The notes below the pieces were generated by a model that had not been told where the DNA came from, made no database searches, and saw only the letters and a list, made by a program, of their open reading frames with translations. The translations under genes were made by a program, and so were the position numbers. This document shows positions 20,636 through 29,133 of a stretch of DNA of 64,000 nucleotides, piece by piece. Within the stretch, counting starts at the first letter, position 1, and each line of letters starts with the position of its first letter. The DNA is taken from the NCBI GenBank assembly GCA_963771045.1, contig CAVYRW010000004.1, forward strand, positions 401,436 through 465,435. Reading direction: 5' to 3'. Source of the DNA: Waddliaceae bacterium. GTDB taxonomy: Bacteria; Chlamydiota; Chlamydiia; Chlamydiales; SLFE01.

Positions 20636-20869
20636 ATCTTTCCTCCCCTTCTTTATCGAGTTTTGAGGAAAGAATAACCGGAAAGAAAATCAGAAAGAAG
20701 ATGGGTTTAATTGACGCTTACGAATGAGCCAAGTTTTTCCTGTTTGCCGTGCTCCTCGAATTACCAATGGCTTTCGGGTTTTTGAATTCAGCCAGTCAAC
20801 TAAGAAAGTCGTACGGTCGCGCTTCATATTATTCACTCCTTTATCTTAATTTTAGCCAATTCTTTTGTT

Positions 20870-20931
20870 TAAGTCTAGAAAATAAAGGGGTGTTTTTGAT
20901 TGTAAGTCTAGAAAATAGGTGGGTGTTTTGA
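20870..20931. repeat. 33-bp-period direct repeat upstream of the AAA ATPase gene
   Basis: TAAGTCTAGAAAATA(AAGG/GGTG)GGTGTTTT twice (20870, 20903). Confidence 0.7.
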
Positions 20932-21099
20932 AGGCCAGCGTTAGAAATTTGTAAGTGTAGGGATAGTAGCCGCCTTTAGCTGCAGAAATGGCTTCCTGAT
21001 GTGATACAGATAGCTGAAAATAGACCTTATTGGTGAAAACGGGTTGGATTCATCCATTTATGAAAAAGACTGTAATGTTTGACTGTCTTTAGTAAGGTT

Positions 21100-21135
21100 T
21101 GGAGGTGGAGAGACAAGTTCAGAACTTTTGATTGG
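21100..21135. repeat. ssrA-derived att-like repeat d
   Basis: TAGT-N6-TGGAGGTGGAGAGA-CAAGTTCAGAACTTTTGATTGG. Confidence 0.9.
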
Positions 21136-21164
21136 AGTAAAACCAGAAGTTTTCTTGATGGGGG

Positions 21165-21674
21165 CTATTCAAGGTCAGGGGCTGTAATCTTAAACTGAGA
21201 AGCTAAATGCTCTGATAAATCCTTCATCAACTGTTGCCCTTCTCCTGGTTTTTGAACTGGGCGTTTTGATGTTGATAGTAGCAGAGCAATATTCAAACAG
21301 TTTTGAGCTTTTTCAAATAGCGTTTGATGATGATGTACCAAAGGTTCATTATACACTAAGTTTTCCAGTGCCTTTGTTAAAAAGGGATTTTCATTTTTCC
21401 CTACATATCGGAAGTTTATTTTTAACTCACAAGCTAGTGACTTAAGGCGATTGGTGAATCGAGTTTGCGCTTCTCGTCTTTCCTTCCTATCATTTAAGTA
21501 GAGTGAAATCTTGCCTCCGATGAGTCCCGATATTATAGTTACAAGAGTGCTTATACAAAAAGTCAAAAGGGGATTCTGCTGAAAATTTTCTATAAATTCG
21601 GGCACTTTTGGAGCAACAATTGCAAAGATTATCTGAATATTTTTTTTGAAAGTTGTAAGCAAGAAAAAATACAT
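21165..21674 (-). CDS. Hypothetical single-TM membrane protein
   Basis: Hydrophobic LLTFCISTLVTIISGLIGG followed by a charged helix; start uncertain. Confidence 0.5.
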   Translation of the reverse strand: MYFFLLTTFKKNIQIIFAIVAPKVPEFIENFQQNPLLTFCISTLVTIISGLIGGKISLYLNDRKERREAQTRFTNRLKSLACELKINFRYVGKNENPFLTKALENLVYNEPLVHHHQTLFEKAQNCLNIALLLSTSKRPVQKPGEGQQLMKDLSEHLASQFKITAPDLE

Positions 21675-21676
21675 AT

Positions 21677-22138
21677 TTATACAACGACAAGGTCAGTTGG
21701 GACATCAAATTCAAGAGGTTCGATTGGGTGAGAGTAATCAGCCATATGAACGATTTTAAATGCTCTTCGGAAATCATCATCTTTCGTTAATAGTTGGTCT
21801 AGAAGCCATAATCTTAAATCTCTTTGCGTAGTCAAATTCATTTTAGAGCCCTTATTCCCTGTTTTTTCCCATTTCACAACAGCGGGATGTGTGACGCCAA
21901 AAAGCTTACCAAATTCAGTCTGAGTCAGCCCCAGCCAATTCCGAATGTAACGAATTTGATTGCCTGTCAAGTCGGATGGATGATGTGCAAGAGCTAGCAG
22001 AACAACCTTTTGTAAAACATTGAGGTCAACATCCAGTGTCCAAACTTCACGAAGCTCTATCATCGGAACATTGCGAAGAATAACTGGAAAGCCCAATCCT
22101 TCGTATACAACTTCTTTTTCAACTTTCTGTTTTTTCAT
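21677..22138 (-). CDS. HTH antitoxin-like protein (MqsA/HigA-like)
   Basis: YEGLGFPVILRNVP; LTGNQIRYIRNWLGLTQTEFGKLFGVTHPAVVKWE. Confidence 0.8.
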   Translation of the reverse strand: MKKQKVEKEVVYEGLGFPVILRNVPMIELREVWTLDVDLNVLQKVVLLALAHHPSDLTGNQIRYIRNWLGLTQTEFGKLFGVTHPAVVKWEKTGNKGSKMNLTTQRDLRLWLLDQLLTKDDDFRRAFKIVHMADYSHPIEPLEFDVPTDLVVV

Positions 22139-22142
22139 ATTT

Positions 22143-22461
22143 TCAATGCCTCCCCTCAAGGTAAAAGGCGGTTATAATTAAAAGGTCTTTCTCTTCATCG
22201 AATGAGACAATCACTCTTAGCTCCATTTCATCTATTGTCTTTCCACGTATGGCATAATTCCAAGTATTAAAAGCTTTTTCAAAGTGGTCTTTGCTTTTCT
22301 CATGCCTTCCGGTTCTTAGCACATGGATAATTTCAGGTAAGGTAATGTTTCTCTCGGCTTTTCTCTCAATGGCGTGAAAAGTATTTCGATATGCTCCTGA
22401 GCCTGCAATTTCTGACACGCTCTAGGAGGTTTTCTATCTTTTTGGGTCTTTTCGATGGCAA
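22143..22461 (-). pseudogene. DUF4258 (RelE/BrnT-like) toxin partner with N-terminal frameshift
   Basis: TTG 22461 with RBS gives MPSKRPKKIENLLERVRNC; a shifted frame gives SGAYRNTFHAIERKAERNI..WNYAIRGKT..LRVIVSF..IITAF. Confidence 0.62.
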
Positions 22462-22485
22462 GAGTATTTATCCCTTTTTACTTTT

Positions 22486-22514
22486 AATGTAACTGAGTGA
22501 CATTTAATTGTCAA
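22486..22514 (-). promoter_or_regulatory. Sigma70-type promoter with overlapping operator
   Basis: TTGACA-17-TACATT; IR AATGTAAC-TGA-GTGACATT over the -10. Confidence 0.55.
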
Positions 22515-22581
22515 GGGTTAGAAAACGGGAGAAAGAGAATACACCTAAACTATTTAATATAAGATATTTGAAAAAGATAAA

Positions 22582-22619
22582 TGGAGGTGGTTGGACACGT
22601 TCAGAACTTTTGACTGGGG
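22582..22619. repeat. ssrA-derived att-like repeat e (degenerate)
   Basis: TGGAGGTGGTTGGA-CACGTTCAGAACTTTTGACTGGGG. Confidence 0.78.
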
Positions 22620-22968
22620 CTCGTTGGATGAATTTTCAAGAAAATGGTAGGGTCGGGATCGCGGGAGAATAATATGTTAGAGAGGATAGATCACAAAAAT
22701 TACACCACTTTACTGCACTCCAAAGAGGTTATCAGTGGGCAGCGCTATCCATTCCCGTTTCTGTGGTGTCAATATTAGTAGGCGCTGCTCTGCGACGTCC
22801 AGTTTAGTGAGCGAGCAGAATCCATAACTACTTCATCTTGTTAAATCGGTCATTATTGGAAATCGAATTCATGAATAAATGATTATCTGGTAGTGTTGAG
22901 AATATTTAACAAGTCTTGAAGATATTTGTAATATGAGTAATAAATCCTGCATTGAGAACGACCGGCAT

Positions 22969-24126
22969 ATGACCAGCATCTTTGAGAGGTACCTCACCGT
23001 CTGGGTCGGATTATGTATCGTGGGAGGAATTTACCTTGGTAAAGCGGCCCCGGGACTTGCAAAAACACTTGATGGCATGAGTATTAGTGTTAATGGAGCA
23101 CCGGTTGTTTCCATTCCTGTTGCTATCTGTCTGTTTTTCATGATGTACCCGATCATGGTCAAGGTCGACTTCACAAGCGTGGTGAAAGCTGGTAAGAGTG
23201 TAAAACCCGTTTTTCTGACTCTGTTCATTAACTGGTGCATCAAGCCGTTCACCATGTATGCCATAGCCATGCTGTTTCTTGGTTTTCTATTTAAAGGATT
23301 GATTGGAGCCGATGCAATAGATCTGGTGAAGATGCCTTTTGGCCTTGATCTGCCTGTCGGAGTGGAGCATGGCGCGGGTACTGTGGTGTTGCACGACGGT
23401 GTCAAAATGCTTGAGATCCCTCTGTGGCGCAGTTATTTTGCCGGGTGTATCCTCTTAGGAATAGCACCCTGCACAGCTATGGTTCTTGTTTGGGGATACT
23501 TAGCTCAGGGGAATGATAGCCTGACACTAGTCATGGTTGCTATCAACTCTCTGGCTATGTTGCTGCTTTATGGCGTGCTAGGAGGGTTCTTGCTGGGCAT
23601 CGGTCAGTTACCTGTTCCATGGCAGGCACTTCTGCTTTCTGTGGCTATTTATGTGGCACTACCACTTGTTGCAGGGTATTTCTCTCGTAAATGGGTTATC
23701 GGAAACAAAGGAGAAGATTGGTTCAAAGAAAAATTTCTTCATATCTTAACGCCAGTGACCATCAGTGCACTATTGCTGACACTGGTGCTGTTGTTCAGTT
23801 TCAAAGGAGAAACCATTCTTGCTAACCCGCTAACTATTTTGTGGATCTCGATCCCATTGTTAATTCAGACGGTATTCATTTTTGGATTGGGATACGTCGG
23901 AGCAAAGATTCTTAAACTAAAATATGAAGATGCCGCTCCAGCCGCTATGATCGGTGCATCGAATCACTTTGAAGTTGCTATTGCCACTTCTGTTATGCTG
24001 TTTGGGCTCTCCTCCGGTGCCGCACTTGCCACAGTGGTCGGTGTACTCATTGAAGTGCCTGTAATGCTGATGTTGGTTGGTTTCTGCAAAAGAACAGTCG
24101 GCTGGTTTAATACAGAAAAGGTATAG
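22969..24126 (+). CDS. acr3: Acr3 arsenite efflux transporter
   Basis: [61 protein letters not shown]. Confidence 0.95.
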   Translation: MTSIFERYLTVWVGLCIVGGIYLGKAAPGLAKTLDGMSISVNGAPVVSIPVAICLFFMMYPIMVKVDFTSVVKAGKSVKPVFLTLFINWCIKPFTMYAIAMLFLGFLFKGLIGADAIDLVKMPFGLDLPVGVEHGAGTVVLHDGVKMLEIPLWRSYFAGCILLGIAPCTAMVLVWGYLAQGNDSLTLVMVAINSLAMLLLYGVLGGFLLGIGQLPVPWQALLLSVAIYVALPLVAGYFSRKWVIGNKGEDWFKEKFLHILTPVTISALLLTLVLLFSFKGETILANPLTILWISIPLLIQTVFIFGLGYVGAKILKLKYEDAAPAAMIGASNHFEVAIATSVMLFGLSSGAALATVVGVLIEVPVMLMLVGFCKRTVGWFNTEKV

Positions 24127-24130
24127 AAAC

Positions 24131-24161
24131 AAAAAAACAGAACCGAAAGGTTCTGCTTTTT
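24131..24161. terminator. Bidirectional terminator for ssrA and acr3
   Basis: A7-CAGAACC-GAAA-GGTTCTG-CT5. Confidence 0.85.
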
Positions 24162-24170
24162 AGTACTGAT

Positions 24171-24581
24171 TGGAGGTGGAGAGAATCGAACTCTCGTCCT
24201 TAGCGAACGCCATAGTGACCACTACATGCTTAGTGTCCTGTATCAGATCGGTCTTGCTGCAGGGCACCCCACTAAGGGACCGAACGGTTTCTTGTTTTCT
24301 CGAACAAGGCTCTTAGAAACCAACCGAAGCCCGGTTCATACCAAGTAAATGACGACAATCCAAAAATCCCTGGTCCAACTTAAGGTTGTCGGGCTACTTA
24401 TTCAGTTAAGATTAAGCAGCAACTAGAGCCAAAGAATCGTCTGCTACTGGAGCAAAATCGCCTTTGACTATTTTTGATTCATTTTTAGCATTTATAGCTT
24501 AGCCGGTTTTTTTAGGAGGCCAACCGACATCCTCCGCATGCAATCAATACTTGATTCCCAAGTCGAAACCAGTACACCCCC
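24171..24581 (-). ncRNA. ssrA: tmRNA
   Basis: 5' GGGGGTGTACTGGTTTCGAC; 3' GAGAGTTCGATTCTCTCCACCTCCA; acceptor GGGGGTG/CACCTCC with G3-U; tag ORF 24489-24412 (A)AKNESKIVKGDFAPVADDSLALVAA*; CCA not encoded. Confidence 0.97.
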
Positions 24582-24608
24582 AAAAGGTTAGTTGATCTTT
24601 ATAGCTGA

Positions 24609-24617
24609 ATTATACCA
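24609..24617 (-). promoter_or_regulatory. Extended -10 promoter of ssrA
   Basis: TGGTATAAT ~28 bp upstream of the mature 5' end. Confidence 0.55.
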
Positions 24618-24684
24618 CAAGGGCCAATTATCTGAAAAGAGCGGCTCTTCTCAATAATCTTGTAAAACGCTACATTGACAACTT

Positions 24685-25068
24685 ATGTCAGGGGCTTTTT
24701 CGATAGCAAGCATTGGAATCGGGGCCGTTTTGGGCGCGCTTTTGCGCTGGGGGTGCGGCATGCTCATGAATCCGCTGTTTCCCACTCTGCCGATGGGGAC
24801 GCTCTTTGTTAATCTGGCTGGCAGCTTTCTTATGGGAATGATGGTTCTTTTGGCAGTGGAACACACCTATTTTTCCTACGAAATGCGGCTGGCGGTTATA
24901 ACCGGGTTTTTAGGGAGCTTGACAACGTTTTCAACATTTTCCGCCGAAGCTTTCACTTTATTGCTTAGGCAAGAATTTTTATGGTTTCTGGCACTTGGAT
25001 TTTTACATACCGGCGGTTCTATAGCTATGGTTTTTGCGGGGTATGCCTTGGGTAAATTATTGTTTTAA
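24685..25068 (+). CDS. fluC: Fluoride channel Fluc/CrcB
   Basis: GAVLGALLRW, PMGTLFVNLAGSF, TGFLGSLTTFSTFS. Confidence 0.93.
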   Translation: MSGAFSIASIGIGAVLGALLRWGCGMLMNPLFPTLPMGTLFVNLAGSFLMGMMVLLAVEHTYFSYEMRLAVITGFLGSLTTFSTFSAEAFTLLLRQEFLWFLALGFLHTGGSIAMVFAGYALGKLLF

Positions 25069-25078
25069 TAGGAGTCTT

Positions 25079-25408
25079 ATGAAAGGAATGCAGCTAAAAT
25101 TCTACATGCATGAGTTTAGAAAGCACAAAGGAATCCTCCTCTATGAATGGCTGATCGAAAAAACCAAGGAGCTGGGGATTCACGGAGGGTCGGCGTTTCG
25201 GGCCATCGCAGGGTTCGGCCGGCACGGAGTGGTGCATGAGGAATATTTCTTTGAGCTGGCCTCGGACCTCCCTGTGGAAGTTGTCTTTATCGTCAGCAAA
25301 GAGGAAGCAGAGGCAATTTTTGAAGTCATTCGGGGAGAAAAACTGGATATTTTTTATGTGAAGGTTCCGGTCGATTATGGCGTTTTGGATAACTTTTCCG
25401 ATAAATAG
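25079..25408 (+). CDS. DUF190 (PII-like) protein
   Basis: LYEWL..GIHGGSAFRAIAGFGRHG..FELASDLPVEV; typical crcB partner. Confidence 0.88.
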   Translation: MKGMQLKFYMHEFRKHKGILLYEWLIEKTKELGIHGGSAFRAIAGFGRHGVVHEEYFFELASDLPVEVVFIVSKEEAEAIFEVIRGEKLDIFYVKVPVDYGVLDNFSDK

Positions 25409-25959
25409 TCCAAAATGGCCCGCTTGTCTGTCATTTTCTTGAAAAGAACGGCATCGTAGATCCAGTGGCCGCTAAGTGAGGGGGTGCGCCCCGAAGGGAG
25501 CATAACCGCCTCCTTCAATTCCAAAATAAGTTTTCGTTTTTCAGGAGTGAGCGCCTTTTTCAGCTTTTCCATGTACTTCCGGTTGGACGAGATCTCCTCG
25601 CGCTTAAGAACCAGATGTCGAATTTCCAGGGAAGCTTGTAGCCGCCGACGGCAAGCTTGAGCTGGAGGTAGTCGCCACGAGGAAGTTCGGGTCTTTTTTT
25701 ATGAAAGTTTCTTTCGAACCTAACAACCTCAGATTCCGGTATTTGAATGAAATCATAGGCTAGTCCCGCAATGGCGGTGGCCGGATCAAGTCCCCTCGTC
25801 CAATTCGACGATCATGTCAACGTCATTCCAGGCCATAAGGTCAAGAGCGCAGCTGCCGGTGAGGATGACTCTGCCGTATTGGGACAAGGCGGCAAGTATG
25901 CCGAAACCCTCAATGATTTGGCTGGCCTCTTCTCTTAGTTTTTTCGCTTTGTTTGTCAT
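25375..25959 (-). pseudogene. Nucleotidyltransferase-like protein with two frameshifts
   Basis: MTNKAKKLREEA..LTGSCALDLMAWNDVDMIV (GS..DxD motif), then shifted frames ..WKFDIWF.. and EEISSNRKYMEKLKKALT. Confidence 0.5.
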
Positions 25960-26015
25960 GGATTTTTAACTTTTGTGTTACTATACTATGCTATTTAAAT
26001 AAAAGGAATCCAGAA

Positions 26016-29000
26016 ATGTTTGATGAAGTGACACAGGAATCTTTTGCCGAAAGGGAGAAAAAAGTTCTTGAATTTTGGAAAAAGGAAAAAATTTTTGAAA
26101 AATCGGTCGAAGGCCGCAAAGAGGGTGAAACGTTTGTTTTCTATGACGGGCCGCCCTTTGCGACGGGGCTGCCTCATTACGGCCACCTGCTGGCCGGCAC
26201 CATCAAAGATGTGATTCCCCGCTACAAAACAATGAAAGGGTATTTTGTCCCCCGTCGCTTCGGCTGGGACTGCCACGGCCTGCCCGTCGAGCAGGAGATC
26301 GAGAAAGCGCATGGCCTTTCGGGGGCCAAGTCGATCGAAGAGTTCGGGATCGGCAATTTTAATGAAAAGTGCCGGGAGATCGTTCTACGCTATTCCGAGG
26401 AGTGGAAAGACACTGTCCTCAGGATGGGAAGATGGATCGATTTTGACAACACTTACCGGACAATGGACAGGTCTTTCATGGAGTCTGTCTGGTGGGTGTT
26501 CAAACAGCTCTATGACAAGGGCCTTGTCTATGAAGGGTATAAAGTGATGCCGTTTTCGGCAAAGCTGGGCACTCCGCTGTCGAATTTCGAGGCGGGTGAA
26601 AATTATAAAGAGGTCGACGATCCTTCGTTAACGGTAAAATTCACACTGGAGAAAGATCCCAAGACATTCATTCTGGCATGGACGACTACTCCCTGGACGC
26701 TCGTTTCCAACCTGGGACTTATGGTTGGTCCTGATGTCGATTATGTGAAAATTCACGACAAGGTCGAGGGTCAAAATTACATTTTGGCCAAAGAGCGGCT
26801 GGAGACTTATTTTGACGAGCCGGAAAATTACACGATCATCAAAACCCTCAAAGGAAAAGAGCTGGAAGGGCTTTCATACGAGCCGCTGTTTTCCTACTTT
26901 GCGGATCGGAAGGACAAGGGAGCGTTCCGGGTGATCCTGGAGGAAGAGGTGGCCACTGGTGAAGGAACGGGAATCGTTCATACGGCTCCGGCTTTCGGCG
27001 AGCTCGACTTTTACGCCTGCCAAAGAAACGGCATCGACCTCGTCTGTCCCGTGGACAGCAACGGCCAGTTTACTGAAGAAATTCCGGAGTATGTCGGTCT
27101 TTTTGTCAAAGACGCCGACAAAGATATCATCAAAAGGCTCAAACAAAAGTCCAAAATTGTCCGCCACGAAACGATTCATCACCGCTATCCGTTTTGCTGG
27201 AGATCGGATACGCCTCTGATCTACAGGGCCATGACGACGTGGTTTGTCGCTGTGGAAAAAGTGAAGGACAAAATGATCAGCGCCAATGATAACATTCACT
27301 GGACGCCCGACTACATCAAACACGGCCGTTTCGGAAAATGGCTTGAGGGGGCCAGGGATTGGGCGATCAGCCGGAACCGCTACTGGGGAACGCCGATTCC
27401 CCTTTGGCGGTCGGAAGACGGCGACATTGTCGCCGTCGGAAGCGTGAAAGAACTTGAAGATTTGACCGGAAAGGACATTCAGGACATCCACCGCCATTTT
27501 ATTGACGATCTGACATTCACAAAAAACGGCAAGGTATTCAAAAGAATCCCTGAAGTGTTCGACTGCTGGTTCGAGTCGGGTTCGATGCCTTATGCGCAAA
27601 ACCACTACCCTTTTGAAAATCAGGACAGATTCGATCAGCTGTTTCCTGCCGATTTCATCGCGGAAGGGCTGGACCAGACGCGCGGCTGGTTTTATACTCT
27701 CACTGTTTTGGGAGCGGCCCTTTTTGATAGCGAAGCGTTTAAAAATGTGATCGTCAATGGCATTATTCTCGCCGAAGACGGCGCCAAGATGTCCAAGCGG
27801 TTGAAAAATTATCCCGAGCCGGGGAATGTTATCGAGAAATACGGCGCCGACGCGATTCGCCTTTACATGCTCGACAGCCCCGCTGCCAAAGCCTCCGATC
27901 TTTGTTTCTCCGAAAGAGGAGTGGAGCTGGAACTTAGGCAGGTGTTGATCCCTCTTTGGAATGCTTACAGCTTCTTCATTACCTACGCCCGCATTTGCGG
28001 GTGGAAGCCCGACAAAAAGCTCGAGCTTGAAACTCCGATGGACAAATGGATCGTCTCAATGCTGGGCAAGTTGATCCACGAGGTGGAAGAAGGGCTGGAC
28101 GCTTATGATCTCACACGGGCTGTCAAACACTTTGCCCTGATTTATCAACGAGCTGACAAACTGGTATATCAGAAGAAGCCGCCGCCGTTTTTGGGAAGAA
28201 AAACCTACCGAGGACCGAGGGCAGGCCTTCGCTACGCTTTATTATGTTCTGGTGGAGCTGTCAAAGATCGCAGCGCCGTTTGTTCCCTTTATCAGCGAGA
28301 TGATGTATACAAACCTTCGAAGCGAAGATATGCCCGAATCGGTTCACCTTTGCCATTTTCCACAGTACCGAGAAACCTGGCGGGATATTCATCTTGAACA
28401 GGCTATGGCCGCCGTGCAAACTGTCGTCAGTTTGGGTCATTCGCTAAGAAAGGAAAATAAGCTGAAGGTCCGCCAGCCTCTTCCCACTGTGCATATTGCT
28501 TCTCCGAACGAAAAAACGCTTGGCTTTTTAGAAGAGCAAAAACACCTGATTCTTGATGAATTGAATGTGAAAAATATTGAGTTTATCGGAGATGAAAAAG
28601 AGCTTGTGTCTTTGAGCGCCAAGCCGAATTTCAAAGTTCTCGGTAAGGAAGTGGGCAAACTGATGCCGAAGGTTCAAAAGGCGATTCAGAATCTTCCTCA
28701 AAAAGAGCTGGAGATTATTTTGAATGGCGGTCTTGTGACTCTGGAAGTCGAAAGTGTCCGGCTCAAGCTCGGTTCAAATGAAGTTCTTGTCGACCGGACT
28801 GTCCGTGAAGGATTCATTGCGGCAAATGAAGGGGTGATCACTGTCGCCCTTGATACGGCTTTGACCGAAGAACTCGAAATTGAAGGACTTGCCCGCGAAG
28901 TGGTGAATAAAGTGAATACGATGCGCCGAGAAGGCGGGTTTGATGTGACAGACCGCATTCATCTCACTTTGCAAACTACTCCTAGAGTGCAGAAAAGCTT

Positions 29001-29133
29001 TGAAGAACATGGCGATTATATCAAACAGGAAGTGCTCGCTAAGACGGTCGCATTCTCCGAATGCGATGGGACCGAGTGGGACCTAAACGGCGAGAAGACC
29101 ATCATAAAGATAGAAAACGTTAATCCATCTTGA
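26016..29133 (+). CDS. ileS: Isoleucyl-tRNA synthetase (type 2), one apparent frameshift near 28135
   Basis: PFATGLPHYGH, GWDCHGLP, AWTTTPWTL, DWAISRNRYWGTP, EGLDQTRGWF, KMSKR; shifted frame resumes ELTNWYIRRSRRRFW. Confidence 0.95.

Larger units (their letters stand above)
18384..20721 (-). mobile_element. IS66-family element, copy 2 (intact)
   Basis: Same ends and length as copy 1; 8-bp duplication GAATGAGC (18376-18383, 20722-20729). Confidence 0.95.
17099..20827 (-). pseudogene. AAA_14/DUF4143 ATPase interrupted by IS66 copy 2
   Basis: Removing the IS joins MKRDRTTFLVDWLNSKTRKPLVIRGARQTGKTWLI to RDLATSANRQ..FLDEIQ..AAGSL..TGGMP..EIDYV..PVEVKAG; RBS AGGAG upstream of ATG 20827. Confidence 0.92.

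Noticed and set aside
9117-22619. Repeated ~36-bp sequence as a CRISPR array
   Set aside because: Intervals are kilobases long and gene-bearing, no cas genes are present, and the repeat core is the tmRNA 3' end
24582-24684. Fluoride riboswitch upstream of fluC
   Set aside because: No GGCGATGG..GCC / CTGATGA consensus; the region holds the ssrA promoter
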